NCBI RefSeq assembly: GCF_009914755.1
Contig: NC_060926.1
Length of the DNA stretch: 64,000 nt
Reading direction: 5' to 3' (one strand)
From: the human T2T-CHM13v2.0 reference genome, Homo sapiens
Of the stretch, positions 41,470-53,895 are shown in pieces (position 1 is the stretch's first letter; each line of letters begins with the position of its first letter). The translations under genes and the position numbers were made by a program. Under the pieces are notes generated by a model. It did not search any database and was not told the origin of the DNA. It was given only the letters and a program-made list of their open reading frames with translations.

Positions 41470-42132
41470 TGTGATGGTTAATTTTATGTGTCAGCTTGGT
41501 GAGGCTATAGGACCCAGTTATTTAATCAAACATGGAGTGAGGCATTGTCAGATCATGGGTAACATCTATAATCAGTTGACTTTAAGTAAAGGAGACTACC
41601 GTGCATAACGTGGTTGGGTCTCATCCAATCATCTGAAGGCCCTAAAAAACCAAACACCACATGTTCTCACTCATAGGTAGGAATTGAACAATGAGAACAC
41701 ATGGACACAGGAAGGGGAATATCACACACCGGGGCCTGTTGTGGGGTGGGGGGAGGGGGGAGGGATAGCATTAGGAGATATACCTAATGTTAAATGACAA
41801 GTTAATAGGTGCAGCACACCAACATGGCACATGTATACATATGTAACAAATCTGCACATTGTGCACGTGTACCCTAAAACTTAAAGTATAATATTAAATA
41901 AAAAAGAGCAAAAACTGAAGTTTTCCAAAGAAGAAGACATTCTGCCTCAAGACAGTAACAGCAACTCGTGCCTGACTTTCCAACCTGTCAGCCTGCCCTA
42001 TGGCTTTCAGACTTGCCGGCCTGCCAGCCTCTACAATCCTGTAAGCCAATTCCTTAAAATAAAGCTCCTGATATAACATAGGGTATATATATCCTATTGG
42101 TTCTGTTTCCCTGGAGAACTCTGACTGATGCA
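41470..42132 (+). mobile_element. MLT2 (MLT2C/D-like ERVL) solo LTR with a 5-bp TSD, interrupted by an L1
   Basis: TGTGATGGTTAATTTTATGTGTCAGCTTG...CCTATTGGTTCTGTTTCCCTGGAGAACTCTGACTGATGCA; CTTGC at 41465-41469 and 42133-42137. Confidence 0.9.
41644..41903 (+). mobile_element. young L1PA3/4-type 3' end (about 260 bp)
   Basis: AAAACCAAACACCACATGTTCTCACTCATAGG...GGGGGGAGGGGGGAGGGATAGCATTAGGAGATATACCTAATG...TACCCTAAAACTTAAAGTATAATA. Confidence 0.95.
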
Positions 42133-42496
42133 CTTGCCTTACGTTTTCTGAGAATATCAATATAATACAATTTGTACACCACTGACATTGTTATGTTCCT
42201 TAAAGGGTCTCTGTACATCTGCTCTTGCCCCTTTCTACTGTCCTTACTCCTTGCCAAAATTTCAATTTTCAATTGTAGTTTTGATACTATAAATTCTCTT
42301 CATTTCTTGCATCCTGTCTTAGCAATATTTTCTGTCTTGAAAGTCTTTCTATTTTCTCTATTTTATCTCTAAATTAGTGAGCATGATCTTAATGGATAGA
42401 ACAAAAAAAAAACTGCCATCAACTGGCTCCCTTCAATCTTCCTATTAATAAACTAAGTAGCACTTTACTTTATACTCAAAATATCTTACATTAGTC

Positions 42497-42546
42497 ACAC
42501 ACACATACACACACACACACAAATACACATAAATGCACGTACACAC
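42497..42546. repeat. interrupted (CA)n microsatellite
   Basis: CACACACACATACACACACACACACAAATACACA. Confidence 0.85.
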
Positions 42547-43004
42547 TGAATTCTAAGGAATATATCTTATTTTTTCATTTGTATAGTGCAACCTATTTAT
42601 AGTTTCACAGCAGAAGGCTGAGGAGCAAGGAATCACCTACTATAAACTCAATCACAAATACTGATGTTCATTATTAGGGTTTGAATACTTTGATACTTAT
42701 GGCCTTTGCCTGCTAGTAATGAGGTAGTGAGGCATTTTGGTTGCCTACTGGAATTCTCCTGGATATTCTACATAGAACTGAAATTAAACCTGGTCAAAAT
42801 TAACTCCCAACTTCTTTTTCCAAACTCTTTTTCTCTTTTATTGTATTCCCCATTGGGTTATTGGTAATATCATCCACTGTTTTCAGTGACTCTTGATTCT
42901 ACATTTTTCTTCACTATATGTCTCCAATGGGACCCCAAATTCTGCTAATTCCATTCCCTGCTAAATGCACCATGATCTGTTCAGCTTCTATAACTTTTCA
43001 CACT

Positions 43005-43230
43005 GATTCATTCAATTAATAAATGTTTATTGAATGTGTACTTTATGTCAGGCATGGTTGTAGGTGCCCACAATACATTAGGGAATAAGGCAAGGAAGTG
43101 TACCTTTGTGGAGTTTACGTGTCAAAAGGGTAAGACAGACAATTGACAGTTAATATAATTAATAAATTAATTATGTATGATAGAAGATTTTTTTTCATTA
43201 AAGAAAACAGAACAGGGCAAACACCCTGTG
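43005..43230 (-). mobile_element. L2 3' end
   Basis: ATTCATTCAATTAATAAATGTTTATTGAATGTGTACTTTATGTCAGGCATGGTTGTAGGTGC. Confidence 0.7.
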
Positions 43231-43515
43231 AACTGGCTGACTCAATATGTATTTAATAAACATTTTAAAAGTAACAGATTGACTGAAAGCATAGTGTGTT
43301 AACCTCTAGGTGTCTTGTGTTCAGTGTCCTAGAAGAAACAAGTTATACTTAAATAAGAACTTAAGTTCATTTATTTGCTTTGGGTGGGTGAAAGTTTTGT
43401 TTTGATTTGTTTGCTTTTTGTTTGTCTTTGGTAGAATAGATGAGCAGTCTCAGAAGATGCTGAAAGCATAAAATACCAACTGAGTTGTCTAAATAAGCAC
43501 AATATTTTGCTTTAA

Positions 43516-43594
43516 TCCTTCCTTCCTTCCTTCCTTCCTTCCTTCCTTCCTTCCTTCCTTCCTTCCTTCCTTCCTTCCATCCTTCCTTCCCTCC
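43516..43594. repeat. (TTCC)n polypyrimidine STR
   Basis: About 15 perfect TCCT units and then degenerate units, at the tail of an antisense L2 fragment. Confidence 0.96.
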
Positions 43595-43734
43595 AATTTA
43601 GCAAGACTATGTAATTCCTACTGTGATACAGGAACTATGCCTGGCACTGGAGATACAAGGCTTATGAATAAAGAGCCACTGAACTTTAGGCTTTCACAGT
43701 CAGGTGGGGAAGCATGCATGTTAAGTCAATGGAA

Positions 43735-43960
43735 GTCATTAGAGCTCAGTGAGTGGGAGCTAGGGCCCTGGAACTATACTCTCAGGCTCAATTCTAAGTT
43801 ACTCTGTTTCTGTGGGCCTCATGCTACTTTTCTGCAAAAAAGAAATAATAATAGGACCTACATTCGAAGGTTGTGTTAGGAATAAATTAGTTACAATTTA
43901 TCAACTGCATAGAAAATACCTGGCATACAGTAATTATTTAATAAATTTTTCAATCTTTTT
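43735..43960 (+). mobile_element. MIR nested within an antisense L2 (about 43600-44300)
   Basis: TCTGTGGGCCTCA...AATAATAGGACCTACATTCGAAGGTTGTGTTAGGAATAAA...CCTGGCATACAGTAA. Confidence 0.65.
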
Positions 43961-44323
43961 ATTATAAATATAATAACATGAGGAATGTTCAGAGAGAGAA
44001 AAACATGCTTGGAGAATATGGAAGCCTATATATGGTTGAACTAAAAGTTAAAAGGTGATTTTATATTATCTTTAAAGGAAGAAGTGAAATCAGATTTCCA
44101 GAGTTGAGATGGGGATCAGGTTATTTATGGACTCAAAGATACAGTGAGTTTGGGAAGAGCCCTTGGTGATGAATAGAAGCAAGACATGTTGAAGAGCAAG
44201 AACTATGTTTGAAATTTCAAGATAAAACATATTAGAGAATAGAGACAAGGTGGAACTACCTGGGAAATATACATGGCAGGAAAACCAACTCTTTGTAAAG
44301 CCATAGAAAGATAGTTGAGTTTG

Positions 44324-44637
44324 GGCCAGGTGTGGTGGCTCATGCCTGTAATCCCAGCGCTTTGGGAGGCTGAGGGAGGTGGATCCACTTGAGGCCAGGA
44401 GTTCAGGATAAGCCTGGCCAACATGGCAAAACCCCATCTCTACTAAAGGTACAAAACATTAGCCAAGCATGGTGGCACACATCTGTCGTCCTAGCTACTC
44501 AGGAGGCTGAGGCAGGAGAATTGCTTGAACCTAGGAAGTGGAGGTTGCGGTGAGCCAAGATTGCACCACTTAACTCCTGCCTAGGTGACAGAGCAAGACT
44601 CTGTCTTAAAAAAAAGAAAGAAAGAAAGAAAGAAAAA
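44324..44637 (+). mobile_element. full-length AluS (Sz-like) with a (GAAA)n tail
   Basis: Both arms; CACTTGAGGCCAGGAGTTC; TSD core AGTTGAGTTT at 44313-44322 and 44638-44647. Confidence 0.92.
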
Positions 44638-45734
44638 AGTTGAGTTTTTACTTTAGTAGTTAAGCTAGAACTTCAGTATTAGTGGATTATTTTTGGCAAA
44701 TAGTTGTTGTTTGCATCTTAAATTGTAACTGTTAACTTCAAAGTGCTAGTCATTGTTTGGGACTTGAGAAACTTGAAACTTTGTAATTTAAAAATTACAC
44801 CATCCTTAGCAGATTTTTATGTTTATTCTATGTCCTATGTTTCCCTAAATATAAAATGAACTTGAGTACTATGAAATCATTTATATTCTCATCATTTTAA
44901 TCTTCTTTCTAGTTAATATTTTAAACTACAGAATTTCATATGTTATGATTTTTGCTTGGCAGATTTTTTTTCAGGTTATACCTAAATATGAGTTCATGAA
45001 CACTTTTATGTGATGTATACATGTTAACACTAATTTCAATTAGATAATATATTACATTGCTTCTCATTGTTAATGTGTAATGGAAAGATAATATTTTTTC
45101 CTAAAAATAAAAAGAATAGCAATTTACTTCCTGACATAAAGTAATCTTAATATATACTCATACACAAAGTCCATGAAGGTGTGTATTTATCTTCAAAGAA
45201 AAAAATGACTTAGAAAAAAGGGCAAACTTGCTTTAAAATATTGATTTTAAATCAATATTGCATGACATCTTTTTATCTACTGTCTGGAAGAAATAACACA
45301 TTAAACTTTTTATTAAAAGTAAGTTAGAGTAACTGAGAACATTTTCAATTGCATAATAAAGATTTGTGTCAGACATAAACAATCACTTTCTGTGAGCTCT
45401 GCTCTGACATTGAACAAATTCAGAATGACATTCACTATCCAACAAGATTTTTCCTTCTGAAAACACAGCCCACTAAGAATCTCCAAACCACTCCGCCTCC
45501 TTGGTTTCTGTATAAAGCACCAGGCAAACTTGAAAAAAAATAAACTGACTGGCTAGGGCTTGGTAAGGAAGCCTGAACAATGGGGAGGCTTAAGCAGAAT
45601 TTTCCGAGAAGCCTATAGCTGCCAAACCAGGCCTTCAGAACCTGCCCTTTTCTGGCCAGGATGGAGTAGCAGAGGAAGAGGATAATCCTAGAGCAAGCAG
45701 ACCACATCCCCAAGCTCTACATAGTAGTGTAACA

Positions 45735-46325
45735 ACATTCATTCACTCATTCATTCCACTTATGCAACAAATCTTTGCATGCTAGGCATTGTTCTTGGTG
45801 CTAGAATACAATGGTGTTCCTGCCCTCAGTCTAGCTCAGAAGACAGATAAAATAACTAATAAATACGTGACAAGTCAGGTAGCAATGTATCCTGTGGAAA
45901 AAGCTAAAATAGAAGGAGAAAAGGGAACATTGGGGTGGGTTTAGACTTGCCAGGTAAAATACAGGACACCCAGTTAAATCTGAATTCCAAATAAATCCAG
46001 GTAATTTTTTTAGTGTAAGTATGTCCAAAACATTATTTGGAGCATTCTTATATAAAAAATGGCATATTTGTTGTCCATCTGAAATTCAAATATAACTGGG
46101 CACCCTTCCTCCCACCCAGGACCCTACATCTGTGAATCTTATTTGGGTTAGAAGAGGGAGAAGGATTTTTATCTTTATATTGAGTAGTCAATGAGGTCTT
46201 CTGATGATATGATCAAAAGAAGGTACCTAAAATAAGTAAGGGAGTGATCCATGCAAATATTTGGAGGAGGAATATTCAGTAGAGGGAAAAGCATGCGAGT
46301 GAAAACACCCTGAAGCCTTGCAAGT
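45735..46325 (-). mobile_element. L2 3' fragment interrupted by MER53
   Basis: CATTCATTCACTCATTCATTCC...GCTAGGCATTGTTCTTGGTGCTAG...; resumes GGAGTGATCCATGCAAATATTTGGAGG...GAGGGAAAAGCATG. Confidence 0.7.
45942..46105. mobile_element. MER53 palindromic MITE (right end truncated)
   Basis: TTGCCAGGTAAAATACAGGACACCCAGTTAAATCTGAATT...TTTTTTAGTGTAAGTATGTCC...ATCTGAAATTCAAATATAACTGGG. Confidence 0.85.
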
Positions 46326-47929
46326 TACAATTATAATTTAAGTTGTATTCACAGTTGTGTTCCCAAACAAAGCATGCATAAAGTCCGATTGTCAAACATC
46401 TAGTGTGGAGTCTAGATGTGGCTAAAGAGTTGATTTTTAGACCCATCAAGTCACCCAGAAATCCCCTTCTGATTCTGCAGAGTGTCTGTTCTTTAGCGAG
46501 AGGAACCACTGATGCTTGCAACTGACTTCTGAGTAACTACTCAGAGAAACTACTCAATGGAGTAGTTCTCAATGGAGTCCAGGCAAAAGGACTTTGCGAA
46601 CTGTAAAAATACCACCTGTGTTGAGCCTGAAGACCTTTAGTGTCTGGGTTTTATTTTTTAAAAAAAGTCTGATGCTGAGTTGCTTATCTGTTTCTTTCCA
46701 AATGCCCAGAACCTCACAAGTTAGTCGGCAAAATTGGACGGAAAATTTGGCCAGAATTCTAGAACATCCAATCCTGGTGCTTGCCAGAAATATCAAAAGA
46801 GTAGTCTTTCTTGTGGTACTTAGGATCTTCTGACTTCAGGTCCAGTTAAATACCAGGCACTTTCTTTTTCCTTTCTGGGTGGGAGAGTATGAAAGGGTAT
46901 GAAAAAACGCAATACCTAAGGTAGGTTCTGAGAAGAAAATATATCTCAGCATTTAAAATTTTTCCTATTTTTAGATCCTTGATTGAAAGTAATGTAAACT
47001 AATGAGTTTGAATGTTTTTCTTTTGAAGTAAAAAGAGCTGCATAGAAAAGAAAGTGGTGCCTATCTCTGTGCCAAGACCAAAGAGTAATTTTGTGTCCTG
47101 GCCATTCAAGTTGTGGGTTGCTTTTCCACAACTATGCCTCCACTGCTATTACTTAGTCTGCTCAGAGCTCTATGCTGACTGGTGCCCACATAATCTAATA
47201 ATGATCCAGATGCTCCTGCCGTGTATGTACTCTTAGATGGTGACTTTGGAGGAGATTTAACTCTTTCATGATCCTAGGAGGCAATGGCATGGAAAAGACT
47301 AGACAGTTACCTAACATCCGGAAATTAATTCAGCTTGCAAACTACTCTATGTGCAAAAAGGAACGGAGTTAACAATAACAGAAAACCAAGAAAGAGTAGT
47401 GGCTTAGAAAGATTTCTTTTTTTAATGTTTTGGGGTACTGAAAATTATATTCAAATTATCAGGGATTTATTGGAGACCGTTAATTAAATAAAGACAACAC
47501 AGTTTGTCAGAGATAAGATATCTCCATGTTGTGTGGAGTGATATGTATTCAGAGTTCAGTATCTAGTAGGAAATGTCACTTGGCTAGATGATGGCCCCAG
47601 GAACAAGGTTTTGCCTTTCGATTTTGAAGAATCTAAAAGGTATCTAAAATGATGTGTAACTAGACAATTCCTCTTTAACCAGACATCTGTGGACACCTCA
47701 GGAATAATAAGTATTCCAGAAATATAGAGAATGAATTATGCTTCAGGATTTTGCTCCAGATATGTCTTCTTAGGGTGTCAATGTTGGTTGAGCTTGTTTA
47801 ATCATCACTCTTTGTGGAATCCAACTCATAATTATAGAAGGGAGAGTAGAAAGCTTCACTGTGAAAGATGGCAGATCCTTAGTTTGACAATTTACTTATT
47901 TGCTTATTTAAAATAGATTTTTATAATTT

Positions 47930-48500
47930 TAACAAAATATATGGAAATATTAGTGAGTATCCCTAAAATATATAGAATAAAATAAAAATGTATTCCCATT
48001 AACTATAGGTGACAACATTACTGATGTTTTTTAAGTTTTTTCTATCTTTTTAAAAAAACTGTACCTATATATTAATTAGTGCTTCATTTTCCTATAAAAT
48101 TGCATAATCCTCTACATATAGTTTTGCTTTCTGCTCTTTTGCACTTCACGTTATACTTTGCATGGATTTCATGCTATTAAGTGTTCTTAAAAACCTGTTT
48201 TTCAGAGGTTACACATTATTCTGTTATATGATAAACCATAATTTATTAAATCATTTTATATTTCAGGTAGTAATGATGACTCCAAATTTCTACTATTATA
48301 AATGACTATTCAGCAAACAACATTATACATAAAATTTTACATAAATTTCTTGAAATTTATTTTAGAAGTTTTTTTTCTGATGTAATTCTCAGATCAAAAT
48401 ATGTAGTCAATTTTAAGATTTGTGCTACATATTGACAAATTGCTTTCCAGGAACATTTGTTCATTGCAAGATTTTATAGCAAGTAATCGTGTGTGTGCAT
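47930..48500 (-). mobile_element. old L1ME-type fragment
   Basis: ACCATAATTTATTAAATCA...CCAAATTTCTACTATTATAAATGA...ACATATTGACAAATTGCTTTCCAG, typical antisense L1M 3' region. Confidence 0.65.
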
Positions 48501-48679
48501 TTTAAGCCTTTTTTCTAGTCTGTTTTCTTTGCTTTTTTCTTGTTGGGACTTTGATGTTTTATAAGGTTTGTATTTGTCTTCCAGTGATTAGCTTTAAAAT
48601 TATGCCTCACTGTAAGACCCTTAGTCCCCTGTTCTTTTAGATGACATAGTGTGTACATATTTTTTATATACATTACTAT

Positions 48680-49222
48680 GGATGCTCTGTTGTCCATTGA
48701 TGCCTAAAAAGCGATCCTAAAACTTAGTGTCATAGAACAACAATATTTTATATCTCACAATTTAGGGAGTAAGAATTCAGATAGGGCTCAGCTGGGCAAT
48801 TCTTCAGCTCCATATTTCATTAACTTATCACTTGTTGGTGTTCAGCTGCTAGCTTGGCTGGTCCAAAGGTTTCAAAATAGTTTAACTTGTATGTTGGTGG
48901 CTTGGTGGGGGCGGGCCAATAAATTAAGCTCAGCTGGGACCCTCTTCCTTCCCATGTGGTCTCAGGGCCTTTCCAGGTGGTATCTTCAGCAGGGTATTCA
49001 ACCTTACCATATGGCAGCTCATGGCTCAAAAAGGGGTATTACAAGGAGACTGGGTGAGCTCTAAGGGGCTTCTTATGACCTAGCCTCAGCCTCAGAAGTA
49101 GTTGAATTTACTTGCATTTGATTCAGTAAGCAAACACTAGGGTCAGCCCTGATTTAAGTGGAGAGGAATTATACTTGAAAGAGAAGTCTAGAAAATAATT
49201 TGTGGCTATCTTTAATCTACAC
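48680..49222 (-). mobile_element. MLT1H-like MaLR LTR
   Basis: CTAAAACTTAGTG...GAATTCAGATAGGGCTCAGCTGGGCAATTCTTC...TTATGACCTAGCCTCAG...TTGTGGCTATCTTTAATCTACAC. Confidence 0.75.
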
Positions 49223-50050
49223 CTTCCATCTTCTGGCCATGAATTGTTTACTTTCTCTAACATATAAAATACTTTCATCTCCTCCCAAGGTCTGCAAAAG
49301 TTTCATTCTCTTATGGCATCAGCTGGTAGTCCAGAATTTTGTCAATTAAATCAGGACCATGTACTCTCTGCACTCTTGCTTCCCCCTGCCACAATATGCA
49401 GGGTTGGGATAGAGATAGAGTTATTACAACAAATAATCCAGTTGTATAAGGTTCACAGCAATTTCTGAAATCCAGCATGGTTTGGGGCTTGTTGACTCCC
49501 TAAAAATGATTCTCCATGAGTCTTGGCTATACCCTCTGGGTTCCTGATTCTTCCCTTTGAGTTATCCTTTCTTTTCCAATAGAAATTACCAATATTTACA
49601 TCTACATGTTAATAGCTTTCTCAACCAGCTCTGTAGCTGTAGAAGTTTTGAGGTTCAAAGCCCTCTTATTTTGTACAATTTCTGTCCATTTTAGTCTAAC
49701 CCAATGTAATTAATTTAAAAAGTTTTTGATTTTTTTTCTTTTTTAATTTTTTTGAAACAGGGTCTTGCCATATTGCCCAGGCTGGTCTTGAACTTGTGGC
49801 CTCAAGCAATTCTCCCACCTCAGCTTCTTGAGTAGCTGGGATTACAGGCCTCAGCTCCTGTTCCTGGCTCAGTTTTTGGTTTCTTAGTTATCACTGAATA
49901 ATATACTCCTTTAGAGAAAAGCCATGTCTACAAATCTCTTTGAGATTAACCCTTTATCTTAGGCTCCCTATGAGACTGCTGAGTGAAAACACCCTAAAAA
50001 CTCTTAGAAACTTCACTGTCTACTGATGAACGTTTTCTTAGTATGACCCC
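49223..50050 (-). mobile_element. MaLR (MLT1) internal-region relic contiguous with the LTR
   Basis: Directly follows the LTR terminus with CTTCCATCTTCTGGCC (purine-rich on the minus strand, polypurine-tract-like) and ATATAAAATACTTTCATCTCCTCCCAAG; right edge approximate. Confidence 0.5.
49733..49870 (-). mobile_element. FLAM (FLAM_A-like) free left Alu monomer
   Basis: GAAACAGGGTCTTGCCATATTGCCCAGGCTGGTCTTGAAC...GAGTAGCTGGGATTACAGGC; TSD AGTTTTTG(A/G)TTT at 49721-49732 and 49871-49882. Confidence 0.85.
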
Positions 50051-51009
50051 TTCTGTAGCCCATGCTTTCCTCAGAACCTAATCCACTACATCAGTGCTTT
50101 TACATTCATTCCCATGCTCTGTAGTGTCCTCATGGCCACTATCACCAAAGAATACATAGTTCCTATATAGAAGGTGTACATTTTTTTTCTGGCACTTGCT
50201 AAGTTTCCCTACCACTAGCTATAACCCCCAGCATGCCACCCCATTTTTCATAGTCTACTGCTGCTTCTGTTGCCTCTTTCCGCAGGGATTTCTGAAAGGC
50301 TTTGTCAGCCTCAGCTGCTTTAATCAACACTTACACAATTTGAAATTTATCTTGCTATTTCCCTGGAAATGGAGTTCACGAATTTTGTTGTTGCTGTTTT
50401 CCTTACTGCGTAGAGTCCAAGAGAGGAGAGAAGACTCAGATCTAACCTGCTACCATCTTACTACCAGAATTAAAATGAAATTATTTTAATATTCTTATAT
50501 ATTTTTTAAAATGATCCCTCTTAGGGATGTGTGTCAGAATGATAAGGGGTAAAAAAGAACATTTTGAAACAGCCGATTTGATATTACCTTAATTTGTATG
50601 AACACAATTTATTGAGGCCACTTGGGTATCACAATTTTTATTAACAAGTAATATGTCAAATGAGACACCCCATCGTTCATTTCAGTAATGAGTTCAGATG
50701 GGGGTGAGAGTTAGAGATAAGATGAGAAAGTATATTGCATATATTAATGAGTAAAGTGGAAAGGAGGAAAAGGAGATTGGCTAAGAGGAGGGGAACAATG
50801 TCTAACAGCTAGTTTATAAGAAGTGACAAAATGAACTGAAGTCAAAGCAACTAAATGGAGAAGGCTGTCTGAATGGACTTCTCAATGAATATGACATTAA
50901 TGTCGGAGGAAAAGTCCACAGTGTATTTACACTGAAAGAAGCATGCATGTATTATAAAATCCAACATAAAAGTTAAATAAAGTTTTAAGTCAAAATAAAA
51001 GATTCTATC

Positions 51010-51340
51010 TGGAATTCTCTTCAACCTGATCACATAGCTGGCTCTCATCATTCAATTCTCAGGTTAAATGTCACCTGTTGAGGAAAGACTCTGAATTCCC
51101 AACCCAAAGTACTCCCTAAATCTCCACCTCATTAGCCCATTTTATTCATAATAGCACATTTCACTCCGTTTTCAGTTTATTTACTTTTCATTTTTATGAT
51201 CCTTTGTTCCATTCATCCCAATCAATTATCAGCTCCATTACAATGATATCTTCCAGATCTTTTCAACGCTATTTTCTCTACATCTGGACAGATCCTGGTG
51301 CCTAGTAGGACCACAATAACATTTTGTTTGTGAATAATAG
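51010..51340 (+). mobile_element. L2 3' fragment
   Basis: CATAGCTGGCTCTCATCATTCAATTCTCAGGTTAAATGTCACC...CCTGGTGCCTAGTAGG...AATAACATTTTG. Confidence 0.65.
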
Positions 51341-51860
51341 AGACGGCATGGAAATTTCAGCCTGTCAACAGCATGCCACAGGGGTTTCCACTTGCAGGGA
51401 TCTAGTCCTTCTTTTCTGCTCTTAGGCATACTTAGATGCAGGTGGGAGTTTGTTCCAACAAATTGGTTATTTATAATATATAAGAAGCTAAAGACTGTAT
51501 CATTTTTCTGTTGCATTGGATCATCTCATCAGCACTCATTAATTTTGAGTTTGTAAGGTATGTATTTTGTTTCCAGTGTGGTCTAGTCATAGAGAGTTTT
51601 ATCTCCTACTTTCCAAATGTTGTTTGTTTCTTATAAATGGTTTCACTGGCTGTTTAATTAGCCAGGGCCTTCCTAACATTATTATGCAGTGATAATGGTG
51701 AAAGAGAATTCTTTCACCATTGGTGATGAGAATGGTGATGAGAATTCTTCCCTTGTTCCTGAATTTAATGAGAATATCTCTAGTAATTTCACAATAAGGT
51801 GAGGCTGATGAATGATTTAAGAGCTCTTCTATGTCATGGTTAATGAGTAATAGGATTTCA

Positions 51861-52307
<447 letters not shown>

Positions 52308-52649
52308 TCACTTTAATTTAATTTAAAAACTACTGTTTATTATTTTTAGATCCTAGAATAAGTAATATAAGGCCGGTAATTTTGTTCGTTGAACACTTAA
52401 AAGCAAAAGCTCATTAGTTAAAATAAAATACCATTTTGGCTTAGAGCCATGTTTGGAGATAATTTTTTTTTGTAACATATCCAATTAATTCAATGTTTAC
52501 TTGTATATATGGATTGTCTAATTAAACTTGGTACAATTGATAAATGTATATTTTATCAGAAAATTGCCCAATTCATCCAACTTATCAAACTAATTAGAAT
52601 TAGGCATTTTAATCTTCCATGACCATCTTTATCAAATGATTATGTTAAA

Positions 52650-52910
52650 AAGTGTAGTTGTTAGGAGCACAGGTTTTGGAGTAAGGGTGAGAGGACTCTT
52701 CTTTGAAATTCCAGCACTGATACATAAGAAGCTTTGCTGTAATGGCAAGTGAAACCCCCAATTTCAGTGACCTCATTTATTAAAAAAAAAAAAAAGAAAG
52801 AAATAAACACTTTAGAGTTTTGTTTTAAGGATTAACTGAAATAATAGGCAATGCTTAAGTGTAGTGTCTGCTACAGAAAAAGTACACAATACATCACAGG
52901 TATTTATCAT
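52650..52910 (+). mobile_element. MIR element
   Basis: GTGTAGTTGTTAGGAGCACAGGTTTTGGAGT...TTAAGGATTAACTGAAATAATAGGCAATGCTTAAG. Confidence 0.6.
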
Positions 52911-53538
52911 TATAATTTGAATCATTGTTTCTTTCTGGGTTTTATTTGCCGGGAATTTTTCTCTTCTTTTATACTTCTTGAATTTATTTAATATTTACAT
53001 TATCTTTTTCTTTTATAATAAATCATTTTCTACTTTTATCTTCACTATTATCTTTCTTCTATTTCCCTTAAGTGGGTTTTCTTTTTCTAACTTCTTGAAT
53101 TGAACTCTTGGTTTATTTTCATTTTTTTCTTATTTAATTGCAAAAATATTACAAGGCTGTGATTTTGTCTCTTCATACCACCTTGGCTGCATCTCATAAA
53201 AGTTAAAATGTAATATACTAATTTTTATTATTTTCTAAATTATCTTTAACTGTTAACTTTTATTTCTTTTTTGGTCTGAACAAAGTTATTTAGAAAAATT
53301 ATAGCAACTTTTCTAATGGTTAGAGTTTTTGCTTGTTTTGTTTCTTTAGCCTTTTATTATTATTTCTTATATTATTTTATGTTAGTCAGACAATGTACCC
53401 TAAATAATTTCTGCATTGTGGAATATACTAAAATATTTTCCAAAACTCTACATGCCTATTTTTTCTGCATGTTTTATAAATATGATATATTCTATATTCT
53501 TTGTAGAGTTTATAGTGAAAGTACATTTTTAAATTTAA

Positions 53539-53608
<70 letters not shown>

Positions 53609-53895
53609 CCTTGAGACAGGGTCTTCCTCTGCCACCCAGGCTGGAGTGTGCAGCAGCATGACCATGGCTTACTGCAGCTTCAACCTCTCAGGATTAGGTA
53701 ATCCTCTTACTTTGGCCTCCCAAGTAGCAGGGACTACACATGTGTATTACCATGCATGGCTAATTTTTTGCCTTTTTTGTAGATATAGGATATTGCCATG
53801 TTGTTCGGCTGCTCTCAAGCTCCTGGGTGCAAGCAATCCATTTACCTTGGCCTCCCAAAGTGCTGAGATTACAGGTGTGAGCCACTGTGCCCAGT
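53539..53895 (-). mobile_element. full-length AluJ, tail expanded into T28 and (TA)18
   Basis: Both arms antisense; diverged flanking duplicate TGAAAGTACATTTTTAAATTTAA at 53516-53538 and TGAAAGTATATTTGTTAATTTAA at 53896-53918. Confidence 0.9.
53545..53608. repeat. (TA)18 immediately followed by T28
   Basis: Direct reading: TA units 53545-53580, T run 53581-53608. Confidence 0.97.

Noticed and set aside
41741-41764. G-quadruplex-like tract GGGGTGGGGGGAGGGGGGAGGG
   Set aside because: Standard feature of the L1PA 3'UTR, not locus-specific
48856-48875. GGCTGGTCCAAAGGT resembles the 5' end of a Y RNA
   Set aside because: Similarity stops after about 15 nt, there is no Y RNA 3' stem, and it lies inside the MLT1 LTR
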